From Escherichia coli (GTDB taxonomy: Bacteria > Pseudomonadota > Gammaproteobacteria > Enterobacterales > Enterobacteriaceae), in NCBI RefSeq assembly GCF_044647545.1, contig NZ_CP172818.1: 64,000 bases of DNA; one strand, 5' to 3'. Shown piece after piece: positions 1 through 14,804 of this stretch. Made by a program: the position numbers and the translations under genes. Positions within the stretch are counted from its first letter, which is position 1, and every line of letters begins with the position of its first letter. The notes beneath the pieces were generated by a model. That model did not search any database. It worked only from the letters and a program-made list of their open reading frames with translations, and was not told where the DNA came from.

Positions 1-90
1 AAGATGGTGTTGGCGTTGCAATTTTACGAGGAGGATTCAGAAAAAAGCTGATTAGCCAGAGGGAAGCTCACGCCCCCCTCTTGCAAATAG

Positions 91-1176
91 TTACTGCACG
101 CGCGCCAGCGCCACGGCTTGTCCTAACTGCCAGACCGCCATTGCGTAATGGGTGCTGTGGTTATAACGGGTAATGGTGTAGAAGTTCGGCAGACCGTACC
201 AGTACTGGTAACCTGTTCCAACATCCAGACGCAGCAGGCTGGCTTGTTGATGGTTGCCCAGCGGCTGCTGTGGCGTTAAACCTGCCGCGGCAAGTTGTGA
301 AATGCTGTACCTGGTTTTGAAGCCATTTGGCAAGCCTGGAGCCTGACCGTTTGCCATCACCGCAACCTGATCACCTTTCACCCAGCCGTGCGCTTTGAAA
401 TAGTTCGCCACACTACCAATGGCATCAACCGGATCCCACAGGTTGATATGCCCGTCGCCGCTGAAATCTACCGCATATTGTTTGTAAGACGACGGCATAA
501 ACTGTCCGTAGCCCATCGCCCCGGCAAAGGAACCTTTCAGATTGAGCGGATCGTCCTGCTCGTCGCGCGCCATCAGCAGGAAGGTTTCCAGCTCGCCAGA
601 GAAATACTCCGCGCGGCGTGGGTAGTTAAATGACAGCGTTGCCAGCGCATCGAGGATGCGAGTTTTCCCCATCACGCGTCCCCAGCGGGTTTCAACGCCG
701 ATAATCCCGACGATAATTTCTGGCGGTACGCCATACACTTGCCATGCGCGATTCAGCGCATCTTCATACTGATTCCAGAAAACCACGCCGTTTTGCACGT
801 TGTCCGGCGTAATAAATTTTTTGCGATAACGCAGCCATGCGCCGTTCGGACCTGATGGCGGCTTCACCGATGTGGTTGGTGCCTGGTTATCCATCAGCCG
901 CAGTACCGAATCCAGACGTTTCGCCTGGGAGAGAATTTCCTGCAACTGCTGACGATTGAAACCGTGTTTGTTCACCATTTTGTCGATGAACTGCTGGGCA
1001 TTCGGGTTATTGGCGAAGTCACCGCCCATCTGCATCACATTGTGCTGCGGCTCAAGCAGGAAGCCGCCAGACGGCGTTCCGGTGGTCGTTTCAGTCTCAG
1101 TAGGTTTTGGCTTGCTGCTACAGGCGGCAAGCAACACAAAAAGGGGAAGCAATGTTACATAACGACGCTTGAACAT
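91..1176 (-). CDS. mltB: membrane-bound lytic murein transglycosylase B
   Basis: ORF 91..1281 trimmed to internal Met giving MFKRRYVTLLPLFVLLAACSS lipoprotein signal with lipobox Cys; 361 aa; recognised as MltB. Confidence 0.85.
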   Translation of the reverse strand: MFKRRYVTLLPLFVLLAACSSKPKPTETETTTGTPSGGFLLEPQHNVMQMGGDFANNPNAQQFIDKMVNKHGFNRQQLQEILSQAKRLDSVLRLMDNQAPTTSVKPPSGPNGAWLRYRKKFITPDNVQNGVVFWNQYEDALNRAWQVYGVPPEIIVGIIGVETRWGRVMGKTRILDALATLSFNYPRRAEYFSGELETFLLMARDEQDDPLNLKGSFAGAMGYGQFMPSSYKQYAVDFSGDGHINLWDPVDAIGSVANYFKAHGWVKGDQVAVMANGQAPGLPNGFKTRYSISQLAAAGLTPQQPLGNHQQASLLRLDVGTGYQYWYGLPNFYTITRYNHSTHYAMAVWQLGQAVALARVQ

Positions 1177-1414
1177 GAGGGGTCCATTTAACAGATTCAA
1201 CCAGGGGCAAGTATGGTAAAGCATCCCGCCCCGCACAAGGAAGCGGTAGTCACTGCCCGATACGGACTTTACATAACTCAACTCATTCTCCTCACTACCT
1301 TCTTTATATAAACTTTCAAAATAAAATATTTATCTTTCATTTTGCGATCAAAATAACACTTTTAAATCTTTCAATCTGATTAGATTAGATTGCCGTTTGG
1401 TAATAAAACAATAA

Positions 1415-2952
<1,538 letters not shown>

Positions 2953-2962
2953 AGGCTGAAAC

Positions 2963-4117
<1,155 letters not shown>

Positions 4118-4123
4118 TTAACA

Positions 4124-4148
4124 GCGGAGATCCGTTAAGGATCTCCGC
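4124..4148 (+). terminator. perfect 10-bp GC-rich inverted repeat (gcggagatcc/ggatctccgc, 5-nt loop) 7 nt after srlD stop; no U-run
   Basis: read directly in sequence; lacks a T-tract so may be an attenuator or processing hairpin rather than an intrinsic terminator. Confidence 0.4.
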
Positions 4149-4162
4149 GAGACTAATAGAAT

Positions 4163-4191
4163 GCCTGATGCGCTACGCTTATCAGGCCTAC
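4163..4191. repeat. REP (repetitive extragenic palindromic) element
   Basis: gcctgatgcgctacgcttatcaggcctac matches the E. coli REP/PU motif (GCCTGATGCG...CTTATCAGGCCTAC). Confidence 0.6.
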
Positions 4192-4222
4192 AGGACTTCC
4201 GCCACTACATTAAGGAGAAGTT

Positions 4223-4582
4223 ATGGTATCCGCACTCATCACCGTCGCCGTTATCGCCTGGTGTGCGCAACTGGCCTTAGGCGGCTGGCAAATTTCTCGT
4301 TTTAACCGTGCCTTCGACACACTATGCCAGCAAGGGCGGGTTGGCGTGGGCCGTTCCAGCGGGCGCTTTAAACCGCGGGTCGTGGTCGCCATCGCCCTGG
4401 ACGATCAGCAGCGCATCGTCGACACCTTGTTTATGAAAGGACTGACCGTCTTCGCCCGACCGCAAAAAATTCCCGCAATTACCGGTATGCATGCGGGTGA
4501 TTTACAGCCCGATGTGATCTTTCCCCATGATCCACTATCACAGAATGCTCTATCATTGGCGCTTAAACTGAAACGTGGATAA
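4223..4582 (+). CDS. gutM: glucitol operon activator
   Basis: 119 aa ORF between srlD and srlR, conserved position. Confidence 0.85.
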   Translation: MVSALITVAVIAWCAQLALGGWQISRFNRAFDTLCQQGRVGVGRSSGRFKPRVVVAIALDDQQRIVDTLFMKGLTVFARPQKIPAITGMHAGDLQPDVIFPHDPLSQNALSLALKLKRG

Positions 4583-4648
4583 TTTCGTTGTGAATGTTAC
4601 TTGCTTGCGAAGTTATCATTTTGAAACCTAAATCAGGTAATCACGCCC

Positions 4649-5422
4649 ATGAAACCTCGTCAGCGTCAGGCCGCCATTCTGGAGTATCTGCAAAAGCAGG
4701 GTAAATGCTCGGTTGAAGAATTGGCGCAATACTTTGACACCACAGGCACAACCATTCGCAAAGATCTGGTCATTCTGGAACATGCCGGAACCGTCATTCG
4801 TACTTATGGCGGAGTGGTGTTGAATAAAGAGGAATCCGATCCGCCTATCGATCATAAAACACTCATCAACACCCACAAGAAAGAGCTGATTGCAGAAGCT
4901 GCCGTTAGTTTTATCCATGATGGCGATTCGATCATTCTTGATGCTGGCAGTACCGTTTTGCAGATGGTTCCCCTGCTCTCGCGCTTTAATAACATCACAG
5001 TGATGACCAACAGCCTGCATATCGTCAATGCGCTATCCGAACTGGATAACGAACAAACTATCCTGATGCCAGGCGGAACATTTCGTAAAAAATCGGCCTC
5101 ATTTCACGGGCAACTGGCAGAGAATGCCTTCGAGCATTTCACCTTCGATAAATTGTTTATGGGCACCGACGGCATCGATCTCAATGCGGGCGTAACCACG
5201 TTCAACGAGGTTTATACCGTCAGTAAGGCAATGTGCAATGCCGCGCGCGAAGTGATTTTGATGGCGGACTCATCAAAGTTTGGCCGTAAAAGCCCCAACG
5301 TAGTTTGCAGTCTTGAAAGCGTCGATAAGCTAATTACCGACGCAGGTATCGATCCAGCGTTTCGTCAGGCGCTGGAAAAGAAAGGGATCGACGTGATCAT
5401 AACCGGAGAGAGCAATGAGTGA
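4649..5422 (+). CDS. srlR: DeoR-family glucitol operon repressor
   Basis: 257 aa ORF with N-terminal DeoR-type HTH ([26 protein letters not shown]). Confidence 0.9.
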   Translation: MKPRQRQAAILEYLQKQGKCSVEELAQYFDTTGTTIRKDLVILEHAGTVIRTYGGVVLNKEESDPPIDHKTLINTHKKELIAEAAVSFIHDGDSIILDAGSTVLQMVPLLSRFNNITVMTNSLHIVNALSELDNEQTILMPGGTFRKKSASFHGQLAENAFEHFTFDKLFMGTDGIDLNAGVTTFNEVYTVSKAMCNAAREVILMADSSKFGRKSPNVVCSLESVDKLITDAGIDPAFRQALEKKGIDVIITGESNE

Positions 5423-6380
5423 AGCACTACTGAACGCGGGACGTCAGACGTTAATGCTGGAGTTGCAGGAAGCAAGCCGTTTACCGGAACGTCTGGGCGA
5501 TGATTTTGTTCGCGCCGCCAATATCATCCTGCACTGCGAAGGCAAAGTGGTGGTTTCGGGAATTGGCAAATCGGGCCACATTGGTAAGAAAATCGCCGCA
5601 ACGCTTGCCAGCACCGGCACTCCTGCCTTTTTTGTCCATCCGGCAGAGGCATTGCACGGCGACCTGGGGATGATCGAAAGCCGCGATGTGATGCTGTTTA
5701 TCTCTTACTCCGGTGGCGCGAAGGAACTGGATCTGATTATTCCGCGTCTGGAAGATAAATCTATCGCGCTGCTGGCGATGACCGGCAAACCGACGTCACC
5801 GCTGGGCCTGGCGGCGAAAGCGGTGCTGGATATCTCCGTAGAACGCGAAGCCTGTCCGATGCACCTTGCGCCGACCTCCAGCACCGTGAATACCCTGATG
5901 ATGGGTGACGCGCTGGCGATGGCGGTCATGCAGGCGCGCGGATTTAATGAAGAAGATTTTGCCCGCTCCCACCCTGCTGGAGCACTGGGCGCTCGCTTGC
6001 TGAATAAAGTGCATCATCTGATGCGCCGTGATGACGCTATCCCGCAGGTAGCGTTAACCGCCAGCGTGATGGATGCGATGCTGGAACTCAGCCGCACTGG
6101 TCTGGGGCTGGTGGCGGTATGTGACGCTCAACAACAGGTACAAGGCGTCTTTACCGACGGCGATTTACGTCGCTGGCTGGTTGGCGGCGGTGCACTCACC
6201 ACGCCAGTCAATGAAGCGATGACGGTCGGCGGCACCACGTTGCAATCGCAAAGCCGTGCCATCGACGCCAAAGAAATCCTGATGAAACGCAAAATCACCG
6301 CCGCACCGGTAGTGGATGAAAACGGCAAACTCACCGGCGCAATTAACCTGCAGGATTTCTATCAGGCCGGGATTATTTAA
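5415..6380 (+). CDS. gutQ: D-arabinose 5-phosphate isomerase (SIS + tandem CBS domains)
   Basis: 321 aa ORF with SIS motif [11 protein letters not shown]; overlaps srlR by 8 bp. Confidence 0.9.
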   Translation: MSEALLNAGRQTLMLELQEASRLPERLGDDFVRAANIILHCEGKVVVSGIGKSGHIGKKIAATLASTGTPAFFVHPAEALHGDLGMIESRDVMLFISYSGGAKELDLIIPRLEDKSIALLAMTGKPTSPLGLAAKAVLDISVEREACPMHLAPTSSTVNTLMMGDALAMAVMQARGFNEEDFARSHPAGALGARLLNKVHHLMRRDDAIPQVALTASVMDAMLELSRTGLGLVAVCDAQQQVQGVFTDGDLRRWLVGGGALTTPVNEAMTVGGTTLQSQSRAIDAKEILMKRKITAAPVVDENGKLTGAINLQDFYQAGII

Positions 6381-7891
6381 TCCTTCAGCCCCAGACGTTT
6401 CGCCAACCGATGCAAGTTGGCGACGTCGGTTTCCAGCATCCGTGCGCTGGCAGCCCAGTTGTGATGATTTTGTGCCAGTGCCTGACGAATGGTTTCACGC
6501 TGGAACGCTTCTGTCGCTTCACGCAGGTTTTGCTTAACGATAGGCACCGCCGCCGCTTCTGGCGGCGGCAACGTCACCTCAGGAAAAGCAAAATGTTGCG
6601 CTTCAAGAATCACTTCATCGCCGCTGCGGGTCGCTCTCGCCAGCACCACCGCCCGATGAATAGCATGTTCCAGTTCGCGCACGTTTCCCGGAAAACTGTA
6701 GTGTTGCAGTAAATTTCGCGCCCCGGCACTTAATACCACGCGGGAGAGCCCCAGCCGCAAACGACACTGCTCGCAGAAATACCCCGCCAGCAGAATGACA
6801 TCATCGCCCCGCTCACGCAGCGGCGGCACCGAAAGTGGGAACACGCTCAGGCGATGAAACAAATCGGCGCGGAATCGCCCTGCCAGCACCTCTTCGCGTA
6901 AGTCGCGGTTAGTCGCCGCCAGCACGCGCACATCGACCCGCAAACTGCGGTCATCGCCAACGCGCTGAATATCGCCATACTGCAACACCCTCAGCAGCTT
7001 GGCCTGCAATGCCAACGACAGCTCGCCGATCTCATCGAGAAACAGTGTGCCGTTATCCGCCATTTCAAACTTCCCGCTGCGGTTACTGATAGCGCCAGTA
7101 AACGCTCCTTTCACATGCCCGAACAACTCACTTTCCGCCACACTTTCCGGCAGTGCGGCACAGTTGAGATAGACCAGCGGATTCACCGCCCTTGGCGAGG
7201 TTTCATGAATCGCTTTCGCCACCAGCTCCTTACCGGTTCCCGTCTCACCGCTGATTAAGACGTTGAGATCGGACGCCGCCACAATCTCAATCTCTTTTTT
7301 CAATTGCGTCATGCCTGGCGACAAGCCAATCATCTGCGTCTGTTTCACCGCTTCAAACGGCGCGGCATCGCCCGGCAGCATATTCTGGCTTTCCAGTTGC
7401 TCAATCAGCAACGCATTGCTTAACGCTCCCGCCGCCAGCGCGGCAATCAGGCGTAACTCTTCGTCGCTGAAAACATCGAACTGATCGGGTTGCATCCCGT
7501 CGAGCGTCAATGCGCCGATCAGGTTTTGCCCGGCAAACAATGGCAGACCAACGCAGGCGTGAACCTTCAGACTCTCCTGCCCGGGAATCAAACCGTCATA
7601 GGGATCGGGCAATTCGCTGTCTGCGGGAAAGCGCACCACGTCCCCGGCGCGGGCAATCGCTTCCAGCCGTGGATGCCCTTCCAGCGCAAAGCGTCTACCG
7701 AGTACATCCTTCGCCAGCCCGTCGATGGCAAGCGGAATAAACTGCCGCGAGTCATAACGTAGCAACGCAGAGGCATCACACTCCAGCACCTGACGCAGCG
7801 TGGTGATCAGGCGCTGAAAACGATCCTGATGACCAATCCCACGCTGCAATTCGATGGCGATATTCGCCAGCACATCAACGGAAAAACTCAT
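6377..7891 (-). CDS. norR: sigma54-dependent NO-responsive transcriptional activator
   Basis: 504 aa ORF with GAF N-terminus, AAA+ domain with Walker A GETGTGKE and GAFTGA motif, C-terminal HTH. Confidence 0.92.
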   Translation of the reverse strand: MSFSVDVLANIAIELQRGIGHQDRFQRLITTLRQVLECDASALLRYDSRQFIPLAIDGLAKDVLGRRFALEGHPRLEAIARAGDVVRFPADSELPDPYDGLIPGQESLKVHACVGLPLFAGQNLIGALTLDGMQPDQFDVFSDEELRLIAALAAGALSNALLIEQLESQNMLPGDAAPFEAVKQTQMIGLSPGMTQLKKEIEIVAASDLNVLISGETGTGKELVAKAIHETSPRAVNPLVYLNCAALPESVAESELFGHVKGAFTGAISNRSGKFEMADNGTLFLDEIGELSLALQAKLLRVLQYGDIQRVGDDRSLRVDVRVLAATNRDLREEVLAGRFRADLFHRLSVFPLSVPPLRERGDDVILLAGYFCEQCRLRLGLSRVVLSAGARNLLQHYSFPGNVRELEHAIHRAVVLARATRSGDEVILEAQHFAFPEVTLPPPEAAAVPIVKQNLREATEAFQRETIRQALAQNHHNWAASARMLETDVANLHRLAKRLGLKD

Positions 7892-7892
7892 C

Positions 7893-8030
7893 TTTGCCTC
7901 ACTGTCAATTTGACTATAGATATTGTCATATCGACCATTTTATTGATAGTCATTTTGACTACTCATTAATGAGCACAATTTTATTTATAGAGTAAAAACA
8001 ATCAGATAAAAAACTGGCACGCAATCTGCA
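7893..8030 (+). promoter_or_regulatory. norR-norV divergent control region: three GT-N7-AC NorR sites plus sigma54 -24/-12 element for norVW
   Basis: gtcaatttgac, gtcatatcgac and gtcattttgac seen at about 7895-7960; TGGCAC-N5-CTGCA at 8015..8030, about 48 bp upstream of norV ATG. Confidence 0.75.
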
Positions 8031-8077
8031 ATTAGCAAGACATCTTTTTAGAACACGCTGAATAAATTGAGGTTGCT

Positions 8078-9517
8078 ATGTCTATTGTGGTGAAAAATAA
8101 CATTCATTGGGTTGGTCAACGTGACTGGGAAGTGCGTGATTTTCACGGTACAGAATATAAAACGCTGCGCGGCAGCAGCTACAACAGCTACCTCATCCGT
8201 GAAGAAAAAAACGTGCTGATCGACACCGTCGACCATAAATTCAGCCGCGAATTTGTGCAGAACCTGCGTAATGAAATCGATCTGGCAGATATCGATTACA
8301 TCGTAATTAACCATGCTGAAGAGGACCACGCCGGGGCGCTGACCGAACTGATGGCGCAAATTCCCGATACGCCGATCTACTGTACAGCCAACGCTATCGA
8401 CTCGATAAATGGTCATCACCATCATCCGGAGTGGAATTTTAATGTGGTGAAAACTGGCGACACGCTGGATATCGGCAACGGCAAACAGCTCATTTTTGTC
8501 GAAACGCCAATGCTGCACTGGCCGGACAGCATGATGACTTACCTGACAGGCGACGCGGTGCTATTCAGTAACGATGCTTTCGGTCAGCACTACTGCGACG
8601 AGCATCTGTTCAACGATGAAGTGGATCAGACGGAGCTTTTCGAGCAGTGCCAGCGTTACTACGCCAATATCCTGACGCCGTTCAGCCGCCTGGTAACGCC
8701 GAAAATTACCGAGATCCTGGGCTTTAACTTGCCAGTCGATATGATAGCGACCTCTCACGGCGTGGTATGGCGCGATAACCCGACGCAAATTGTCGAGCTG
8801 TACCTGAAATGGGCGGCGGATTATCAGGAAGACAGAATCACCATTTTCTACGACACCATGTCGAATAACACCCGCATGATGGCTGACGCTATCGCCCAGG
8901 GGATTGCGGAAACCGACCCACGCGTGGCGGTGAAAATTTTCAACGTCGCCCGAAGCGATAAAAACGAAATCCTGACCAATGTCTTCCGCTCAAAAGGCGT
9001 CCTGGTCGGCACTTCGACGATGAATAATGTGATGATGCCGAAAATCGCCGGGCTGGTGGAGGAGATGACCGGATTACGCTTCCGTAACAAACGCGCCAGT
9101 GCTTTCGGCTCTCACGGCTGGAGCGGCGGTGCGGTGGATCGTCTTTCCACGCGCCTGCAGGATGCGGGTTTCGAAATGTCGCTTAGCCTGAAAGCCAAAT
9201 GGCGACCAGACCAGGACGCTCTGGAGTTATGTCGTGAACACGGTCGCGAAATCGCCCGTCAGTGGGCGCTCGCGCCGCTGCCGCAGAGCACGGTGAATAC
9301 GGTGGTTAAAGAAGAAACCTCTGCCGCCACGACGGCTGACCTCGGCCCACGGATGCAATGCAGCGTCTGCCAGTGGATTTACGATCCGGCAAAAGGTGAG
9401 CCAATGCAGGACGTTGCGCCAGGAACGCCGTGGAGTGAAGTCCCGGATAACTTCCTGTGCCCGGAATGCTCTCTCGGCAAAGACGTCTTTGACGAACTGG
9501 CATCGGAGGCAAAATGA
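8078..9517 (+). CDS. norV: anaerobic nitric oxide reductase flavorubredoxin
   Basis: 479 aa ORF: metallo-beta-lactamase-like di-iron domain, flavodoxin domain, C-terminal rubredoxin CxxC...CxxC (CSVCQWIY...CPECSLGK). Confidence 0.92.
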   Translation: MSIVVKNNIHWVGQRDWEVRDFHGTEYKTLRGSSYNSYLIREEKNVLIDTVDHKFSREFVQNLRNEIDLADIDYIVINHAEEDHAGALTELMAQIPDTPIYCTANAIDSINGHHHHPEWNFNVVKTGDTLDIGNGKQLIFVETPMLHWPDSMMTYLTGDAVLFSNDAFGQHYCDEHLFNDEVDQTELFEQCQRYYANILTPFSRLVTPKITEILGFNLPVDMIATSHGVVWRDNPTQIVELYLKWAADYQEDRITIFYDTMSNNTRMMADAIAQGIAETDPRVAVKIFNVARSDKNEILTNVFRSKGVLVGTSTMNNVMMPKIAGLVEEMTGLRFRNKRASAFGSHGWSGGAVDRLSTRLQDAGFEMSLSLKAKWRPDQDALELCREHGREIARQWALAPLPQSTVNTVVKEETSAATTADLGPRMQCSVCQWIYDPAKGEPMQDVAPGTPWSEVPDNFLCPECSLGKDVFDELASEAK

Positions 9518-10647
9518 GCAACGGCATTGTGATCATTGGTTCGGGCTTCGCCGCCCGCCAACTGGTGAAAAATATTCGCAAACAGGACGCCAGTATTCCA
9601 TTAACTCTGATTGCCGCCGACAGCATGGATGAGTACAACAAACCTGACCTCAGCCATGTTATCAGTCAGGGGCAACGTGCCGATGACCTTACCCGCCAGA
9701 CGGCAGGTGAATTTGCCGAGCAGTTTAATCTGCGCTTGTTTCCGCACACCTGGGTAACGGATATCGATGCCGAAGCCCATGTGGTGAAAAGTCAGAATAA
9801 TCAGTGGCAATACGACAAGTTAGTGCTGGCAACCGGTGCCAGCGCCTTTGTCCCGCCAGTGCCCGGGCGTGAGTTAATGCTGACGTTAAATAGTCAGCAA
9901 GAGTATCGCGCCTGTGAAACGCAACTGCGGGATGCCCGACGCGTGTTGATTGTTGGCGGTGGCTTGATTGGTAGCGAGCTGGCGATGGATTTTTGTCGGG
10001 CAGGCAAAGCGGTCACGCTAATCGACAACGCTGCCAGTATTCTGGCGTCGTTAATGCCACCGGAAGTAAGCAGCCGCTTGCAGCATCGGTTGACGGAGAT
10101 GGGCGTTCATCTGCTGTTAAAATCTCAGTTGCAGGGACTGGAAAAAACAGATTCTGGCATTCTGGCAACGCTGGACCGCCAGCGCTGCATTGAAGTGGAT
10201 GCGGTAATTGCCGCCACCGGACTGCGCCCGGAAACCGCCCTGGCACGACGCGCCGGGCTGACGATTAATCGTGGCGTTTGCGTCGATAGCTATCTGCAAA
10301 CCAGTAATGCCGATATTTATGCGCTGGGCGATTGCGCGGAAATTAACGGTCAGGTATTGCCGTTCCTCCAGCCGATTCAACTTAGCGCAATGGTGCTGGC
10401 AAAAAATCTTCTCGGCAATAACACGCCGCTGAAACTACCGGCGATGCTGGTGAAAATCAAAACGCCGGAATTACCGCTGCATCTGGCAGGCGAAACCCAG
10501 CGTCAGGATTTACGCTGGCAAATTAATACCGAACGCCAGGGAATGGTTGCGCGCGGTGTTGACGATGCTGACCAGCTTCGCGCCTTTGTGGTCAGTGAGG
10601 ATCGGATGAAAGAGGCGTTTGGATTGTTGAAAACGTTGCCGATGTAG
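9514..10647 (+). CDS. norW: flavorubredoxin NADH reductase
   Basis: 377 aa ORF with N-terminal FAD-binding GxGxxG ([10 protein letters not shown]), 4-bp overlap with norV. Confidence 0.9.
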   Translation: MSNGIVIIGSGFAARQLVKNIRKQDASIPLTLIAADSMDEYNKPDLSHVISQGQRADDLTRQTAGEFAEQFNLRLFPHTWVTDIDAEAHVVKSQNNQWQYDKLVLATGASAFVPPVPGRELMLTLNSQQEYRACETQLRDARRVLIVGGGLIGSELAMDFCRAGKAVTLIDNAASILASLMPPEVSSRLQHRLTEMGVHLLLKSQLQGLEKTDSGILATLDRQRCIEVDAVIAATGLRPETALARRAGLTINRGVCVDSYLQTSNADIYALGDCAEINGQVLPFLQPIQLSAMVLAKNLLGNNTPLKLPAMLVKIKTPELPLHLAGETQRQDLRWQINTERQGMVARGVDDADQLRAFVVSEDRMKEAFGLLKTLPM

Positions 10648-10659
10648 GCATGGTTTTCT

Positions 10660-10680
10660 CCCTCGCCCAAAGGGCGAGGG
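10660..10680. terminator. 9-bp stem hairpin (ccctcgccc-aaa-gggcgaggg) between convergent norW and hypF
   Basis: perfect inverted repeat read in sequence; T-run on upstream side only. Confidence 0.45.
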
Positions 10681-10697
10681 GACTGTCCGCGCTACTT

Positions 10698-12965
10698 TTA
10701 ACGCTTAGTTACGCCACATCCGCCACTATGCAGCATGCAGGAGCGCGCCGCAGCAATAACCCCCTGCCCCAGAGACAAGCCGCCATCACCCGCCGGTAAA
10801 CTCTGCGGAAAGAGTAATGTGAAATCAGCGAGATAATGCGCCAGGCGTGTACGCAGCAATCGGTTATGAATAACCCCACCGCTAAATACCAGCGTAGTGA
10901 TACCGCGCATCGTGGCCTGCTCACGCATCAACGCGGCAAAACCCTGCGCCAGCGCATCATGAAACGCCCACGCGCGTTGATTAACCGGTGCCTGCCAGTT
11001 CAGCCACTGCTGCCAGAAGGTGGCGAGATCCAGTTGATTGTCCACCAGCGGCATCGTCACCGGATGCGTCACTCCCTGGCTCGAAGCCGCCAGCGCCTCG
11101 AGGGCGCAAGCCGCTTCACCTTCATAACTTAACGTGGCTGGCGCACAGCCCAACGCCGCCGCTACGGCATCGAACAAACGTCCACACGATGATGCCAGCG
11201 GCGCGTTAATTCCACGCTCAATGGCCCGCGCCAGCACGCTCCAGTTTTGCTGTTGCACACTTGCCGTTTCAGGGTAATTCTGCCACTCCGGCACAAAGCG
11301 CAGGCACTGCGCCAGCAGGTTACGCCACGGCTGCTTTGCAGCCAAATCGCCCCCCGGAAGCGCCACCGCAGGCAAGCCGCCCAGGTGTTCACATTCGCGA
11401 TAGTTCACCCGCAGGCACTCGCCGCCCCATAAAGCGCCGTTCTCCCCCATACCGATACCGTCGAGCGTCAACGCAATGACATCACCGCCATCCAGCGGCC
11501 AGTGATGTTCTGCCAGACACGCCGCCGCATGAGCATGATGATGCAGCACCGTTTGCGTCGGCAGATTCATTTCGCGCGCCCACTGGCTGGAGACATAGCC
11601 CGGATGCGCGTCATGCACAACGTATTGCGGAGTGAAATCGTAGATGTTTTGCATCAGGCGTAACGCTTCGCGCCACTGCATCTGGATGCCATCGTCACTT
11701 AAATCGCCCAGATGCTGACTCAACACCGCTTGTTTACCGCGCACCAGGCAGAAGGTATTTTTCAGATCCGCGCCGAGACACAGCACAGGCGGAACATTTT
11801 TAAAGCCTGGAGGCAAAGCCAGCGCATCCGGCACATACCCCCGCGAACGGCGCAGCATTTCGCCGTTTTCGCGCACCACCGAATCATCCATCCGCTGCAC
11901 GATGTCGCGGTTATGTATCAAGAATCCGTCGGCAATCCCCTGCAAATCCGCCAGCGCCTGTTCGTTGCTGATAGCTGGTGGTTTACCGCTCAGGTTGCCG
12001 GAGGTCATCACCAGCGGGCATTGCAGTTCCTGTAACAGCAAATGTTGGAGCGGGTTCGCAGGCAACATCACCCCAACTTCGTTAAGGCCAGGGGCGATAT
12101 CATCACAAAGCTCAGGAACGTATTTTTTATCCACCAGAACAATCGGCGCGGCGGGCGTGGTAAGCAACTGGCGCGCAGCGTCAGGTAAACCGTCAGCCAC
12201 TGGCAACATGACCGCCAGCGGTTTCGCCGGGCGATGTTTGCGTGCCCGTAGTGTCGCCACCGCGTTACTGTTACGCGCATCGCAGGCGAGATGAAATCCG
12301 CCAATCCCTTTGATGGCGACAATGTTGCCCATTTTTAACTGTGCGATAGCCGCCTGTAATGCCGCCTCTTGTTCTGCATGTTCACCATGACTTACCCATT
12401 CAAGATGTGGGCCACACTCCGGGCAGGCCACCGGCTGGGCGTGGAAGCGACGATCGAGCGGGTCACAGTACTCTTTGTCACAAGCCGGACACAGCGGAAA
12501 CGCCGCCATCACGGTAAACGGGCGATCGTAAGGCATGGCGCGAATAATGGTGAAACGCGGGCCACAGTGGGTACAGTTGATAAACGGATAACGATAACGC
12601 CGCTCGCCTGGGGTATTCATTTCGGCAAGGCAAGCAGGGCAAGTGGCGGCATCCGGGACAATTTGCGTATTCATAGTGCCGCCTGTGCTCTGGCGGATAG
12701 TGAACTCAGTGGGCAGTTGTGACCAGATAAACGGCTCACGCTCGACGCTATCAATACGCGCCAGCGGCGGGCAGTGCTGATGCAACTGCACAAGAAACGT
12801 TTCCGGGTCTTCCAGCAGCCGGACTTCTACGCCATCGCCGTCATTACAGACATCGCCGTGAAGATTTAATTGCTGTGCCAGTTGCCAGACAAACGGACGA
12901 AAACCGACGCCCTGCACTTTGCCACGAATACGCAGTTGGACACCGCAAGATGTGTTTTTTGCCAT
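10698..12965 (-). CDS. hypF: hydrogenase maturation carbamoyltransferase HypF
   Basis: ORF 10698..13037 trimmed to [25 protein letters not shown] (acylphosphatase domain), followed by two CxxC-x18-CxxC zinc fingers, YrdC-like and Kae1-like domains. Confidence 0.88.
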   Translation of the reverse strand: MAKNTSCGVQLRIRGKVQGVGFRPFVWQLAQQLNLHGDVCNDGDGVEVRLLEDPETFLVQLHQHCPPLARIDSVEREPFIWSQLPTEFTIRQSTGGTMNTQIVPDAATCPACLAEMNTPGERRYRYPFINCTHCGPRFTIIRAMPYDRPFTVMAAFPLCPACDKEYCDPLDRRFHAQPVACPECGPHLEWVSHGEHAEQEAALQAAIAQLKMGNIVAIKGIGGFHLACDARNSNAVATLRARKHRPAKPLAVMLPVADGLPDAARQLLTTPAAPIVLVDKKYVPELCDDIAPGLNEVGVMLPANPLQHLLLQELQCPLVMTSGNLSGKPPAISNEQALADLQGIADGFLIHNRDIVQRMDDSVVRENGEMLRRSRGYVPDALALPPGFKNVPPVLCLGADLKNTFCLVRGKQAVLSQHLGDLSDDGIQMQWREALRLMQNIYDFTPQYVVHDAHPGYVSSQWAREMNLPTQTVLHHHAHAAACLAEHHWPLDGGDVIALTLDGIGMGENGALWGGECLRVNYRECEHLGGLPAVALPGGDLAAKQPWRNLLAQCLRFVPEWQNYPETASVQQQNWSVLARAIERGINAPLASSCGRLFDAVAAALGCAPATLSYEGEAACALEALAASSQGVTHPVTMPLVDNQLDLATFWQQWLNWQAPVNQRAWAFHDALAQGFAALMREQATMRGITTLVFSGGVIHNRLLRTRLAHYLADFTLLFPQSLPAGDGGLSLGQGVIAAARSCMLHSGGCGVTKR

Positions 12966-13117
12966 TGAGTTATTCCCGCCATCATGAATTGCGTAACCCG
13001 CCCAGCCGGACACGACAGCGTCGTATCCGGCAATCACAGGTCGGCGATACTGCCCGCTTCGTATTCTACGAATATTTCCGGGAATTCCTTTGATGCCAGA
13101 ACAGTTCTGTAAGATTT

Positions 13118-13645
13118 TTAGAACATCAGCGCCGTACGGCGACGTTTTTCTGCGCTCAGTTGTTCAAGTTTATTACGATCGACACAAATCAGCGCATGGG
13201 TCGGGCAAGCCGCCATACACGCCGGGCCGTCTTCACGATGGTTACAGAGGTCGCATTTATTGGCTTCGGCTTTGTCAGCCCGTACGTTAAGCCCTGCGCC
13301 GCTGTTGCGAATCACCGGACGTACCACCACTTCCATCGCGCCATACGGGCAAGCCACAACGCAGGTTTTGCAACCAATGCAACGTTCCTGCATCACATGA
13401 ACAAACCCTTTATCACGGCTGATAGCACCATTCGGGCAGACGTTAGCGCACGGTGCATCTTCACACTGACGGCAGACTGTTGCCGTAGAAATGTTCACAC
13501 CTTTAATGACATGGATTCGCGGTAAAAAAGTTTCCGGGGTCAGCGATGCACAGTCCTGATTCTCCTGATGAGAAACCACGCACGCCACTTCACAGGTACG
13601 GCAACCAATACATTTACTCGCGTCAGCAATGATGAAACGGTTCAT
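13118..13645 (-). CDS. hydN: 4Fe-4S ferredoxin-type electron transfer protein
   Basis: ORF trimmed to [22 protein letters not shown]; multiple CxxCxxCxxxCP ferredoxin motifs. Confidence 0.88.
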   Translation of the reverse strand: MNRFIIADASKCIGCRTCEVACVVSHQENQDCASLTPETFLPRIHVIKGVNISTATVCRQCEDAPCANVCPNGAISRDKGFVHVMQERCIGCKTCVVACPYGAMEVVVRPVIRNSGAGLNVRADKAEANKCDLCNHREDGPACMAACPTHALICVDRNKLEQLSAEKRRRTALMF

Positions 13646-13752
13646 CAAATTCTCCAGCAATGACAGTTAATGCGCCGATACATTCACAAATCATGCCAGT
13701 TTTTAATTTACTGTTATTTAAAGAAATTAAATTCTGTAATGCAGGAAAAACG

Positions 13753-13780
13753 ATGTCATCGACACTAGTGACGATGACAT
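13753..13780. promoter_or_regulatory. inverted repeat atgtcatcg-N10-cgatgacat upstream of hydN, candidate FhlA upstream activating sequence
   Basis: motif TGTCAT..CGACA read in sequence; related copies at 25421-25475 and 26095-26127; hydN-hypF is formate/FhlA regulated in E. coli (established). Confidence 0.45.
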
Positions 13781-13793
13781 GTGTTGACAATGT

Positions 13794-14804
13794 TTATTGC
13801 GAAAGAGCAATGAGGGAGCCGCGGCGGATCAGTTTTCCGCTGAAGGTTTTCGGCGGTGAGAAATCCCCGCCATCGAGCATAAAAATCAGCCGTCCAATAA
13901 TTTCCTGAATCATCTCAGTTACCGGAATTTTTACGCTGGAGAGCGCCGGAACGGTGTAGGGGGCAATTGCGATATCATCGAATCCGATAACTGACACCTG
14001 CTCTGGCACCGCTACGCCGCGCTCGTGCAACGCTTTCATCGCACCTATCGCCATATCGTCGTTACTGGCAACTAACGCGCTAAATTTAGCCCCACGTTCG
14101 AGCAACGTTTCTACCCCTTCGGCCCCGCTGGCGGGCGTCCATTTACCGTTAGCGATAAGTTTTTCATTGAGCGCAATACCATGCTGCGCCAGCGCGTCTT
14201 TATACCCGGCAAGACGTTCAACGCTGGTGGGGGAATCCATCGAGCCGGTAAGGAAAGCAATCTCCTGATGTCCGGCGTTTATCAACTCTGCCACGGCGTT
14301 AAAGCTGGTCTGTTTATGATCGCACCAGACGCTATGGCTGCTGTTTTTGCGCAGGCGGCGATTAAGCACCATTATCGGCTGACTGTGTGCGTCAATGATG
14401 TCATCAATCTCATCCACGCTTAAAAAACGCGGGTAAATCATAATGGCGTCGCAGCGCAAATCCAGCAGATACTGAATCGCCTGGCGCTCTTCTTCGGCGC
14501 TGTGTTTACCATCTGCCAATAGCAACTGTCGCCCTTTCTCTTCAGCCATTCGCGCGGCATGAAACAGTAGTTCACTAAAATAAATGCCGTGGTAAAGCGT
14601 GTTGGTCACTACCAGCCCCAGCGTCTGAGTACTCTTCGCCGACAGATTGCGCGCCAGCAAGTTTGGGCGGTAACCGCTCTCTTCTACCGCCTGAAACACG
14701 CGATCTTTAGTCTCCTGGCTGACGTAGCCATTACCTGAAAGCACGCGGGAAACGGTCGCTTTTGAAACCCCGGCGCGCTTCGCCACTTCCAGCATCGTCG
14801 TCAT
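13794..14804 (-). CDS. ascG: LacI/GalR-family repressor of the cryptic asc operon
   Basis: ORF 13794..14870 trimmed to MTTMLEVAKRAGVSKATVSRVLSG (LacI-type HTH). Confidence 0.85.
   Translation of the reverse strand: MTTMLEVAKRAGVSKATVSRVLSGNGYVSQETKDRVFQAVEESGYRPNLLARNLSAKSTQTLGLVVTNTLYHGIYFSELLFHAARMAEEKGRQLLLADGKHSAEEERQAIQYLLDLRCDAIMIYPRFLSVDEIDDIIDAHSQPIMVLNRRLRKNSSHSVWCDHKQTSFNAVAELINAGHQEIAFLTGSMDSPTSVERLAGYKDALAQHGIALNEKLIANGKWTPASGAEGVETLLERGAKFSALVASNDDMAIGAMKALHERGVAVPEQVSVIGFDDIAIAPYTVPALSSVKIPVTEMIQEIIGRLIFMLDGGDFSPPKTFSGKLIRRGSLIALSQ

Noticed and set aside
8396-8420. His4 run (NGHHHHPEW) in norV that could suggest an engineered His-tag
   Set aside because: It is internal to the di-iron metallo-beta-lactamase-like domain where His ligands are expected, and there is no flanking linker or cloning-site sequence.
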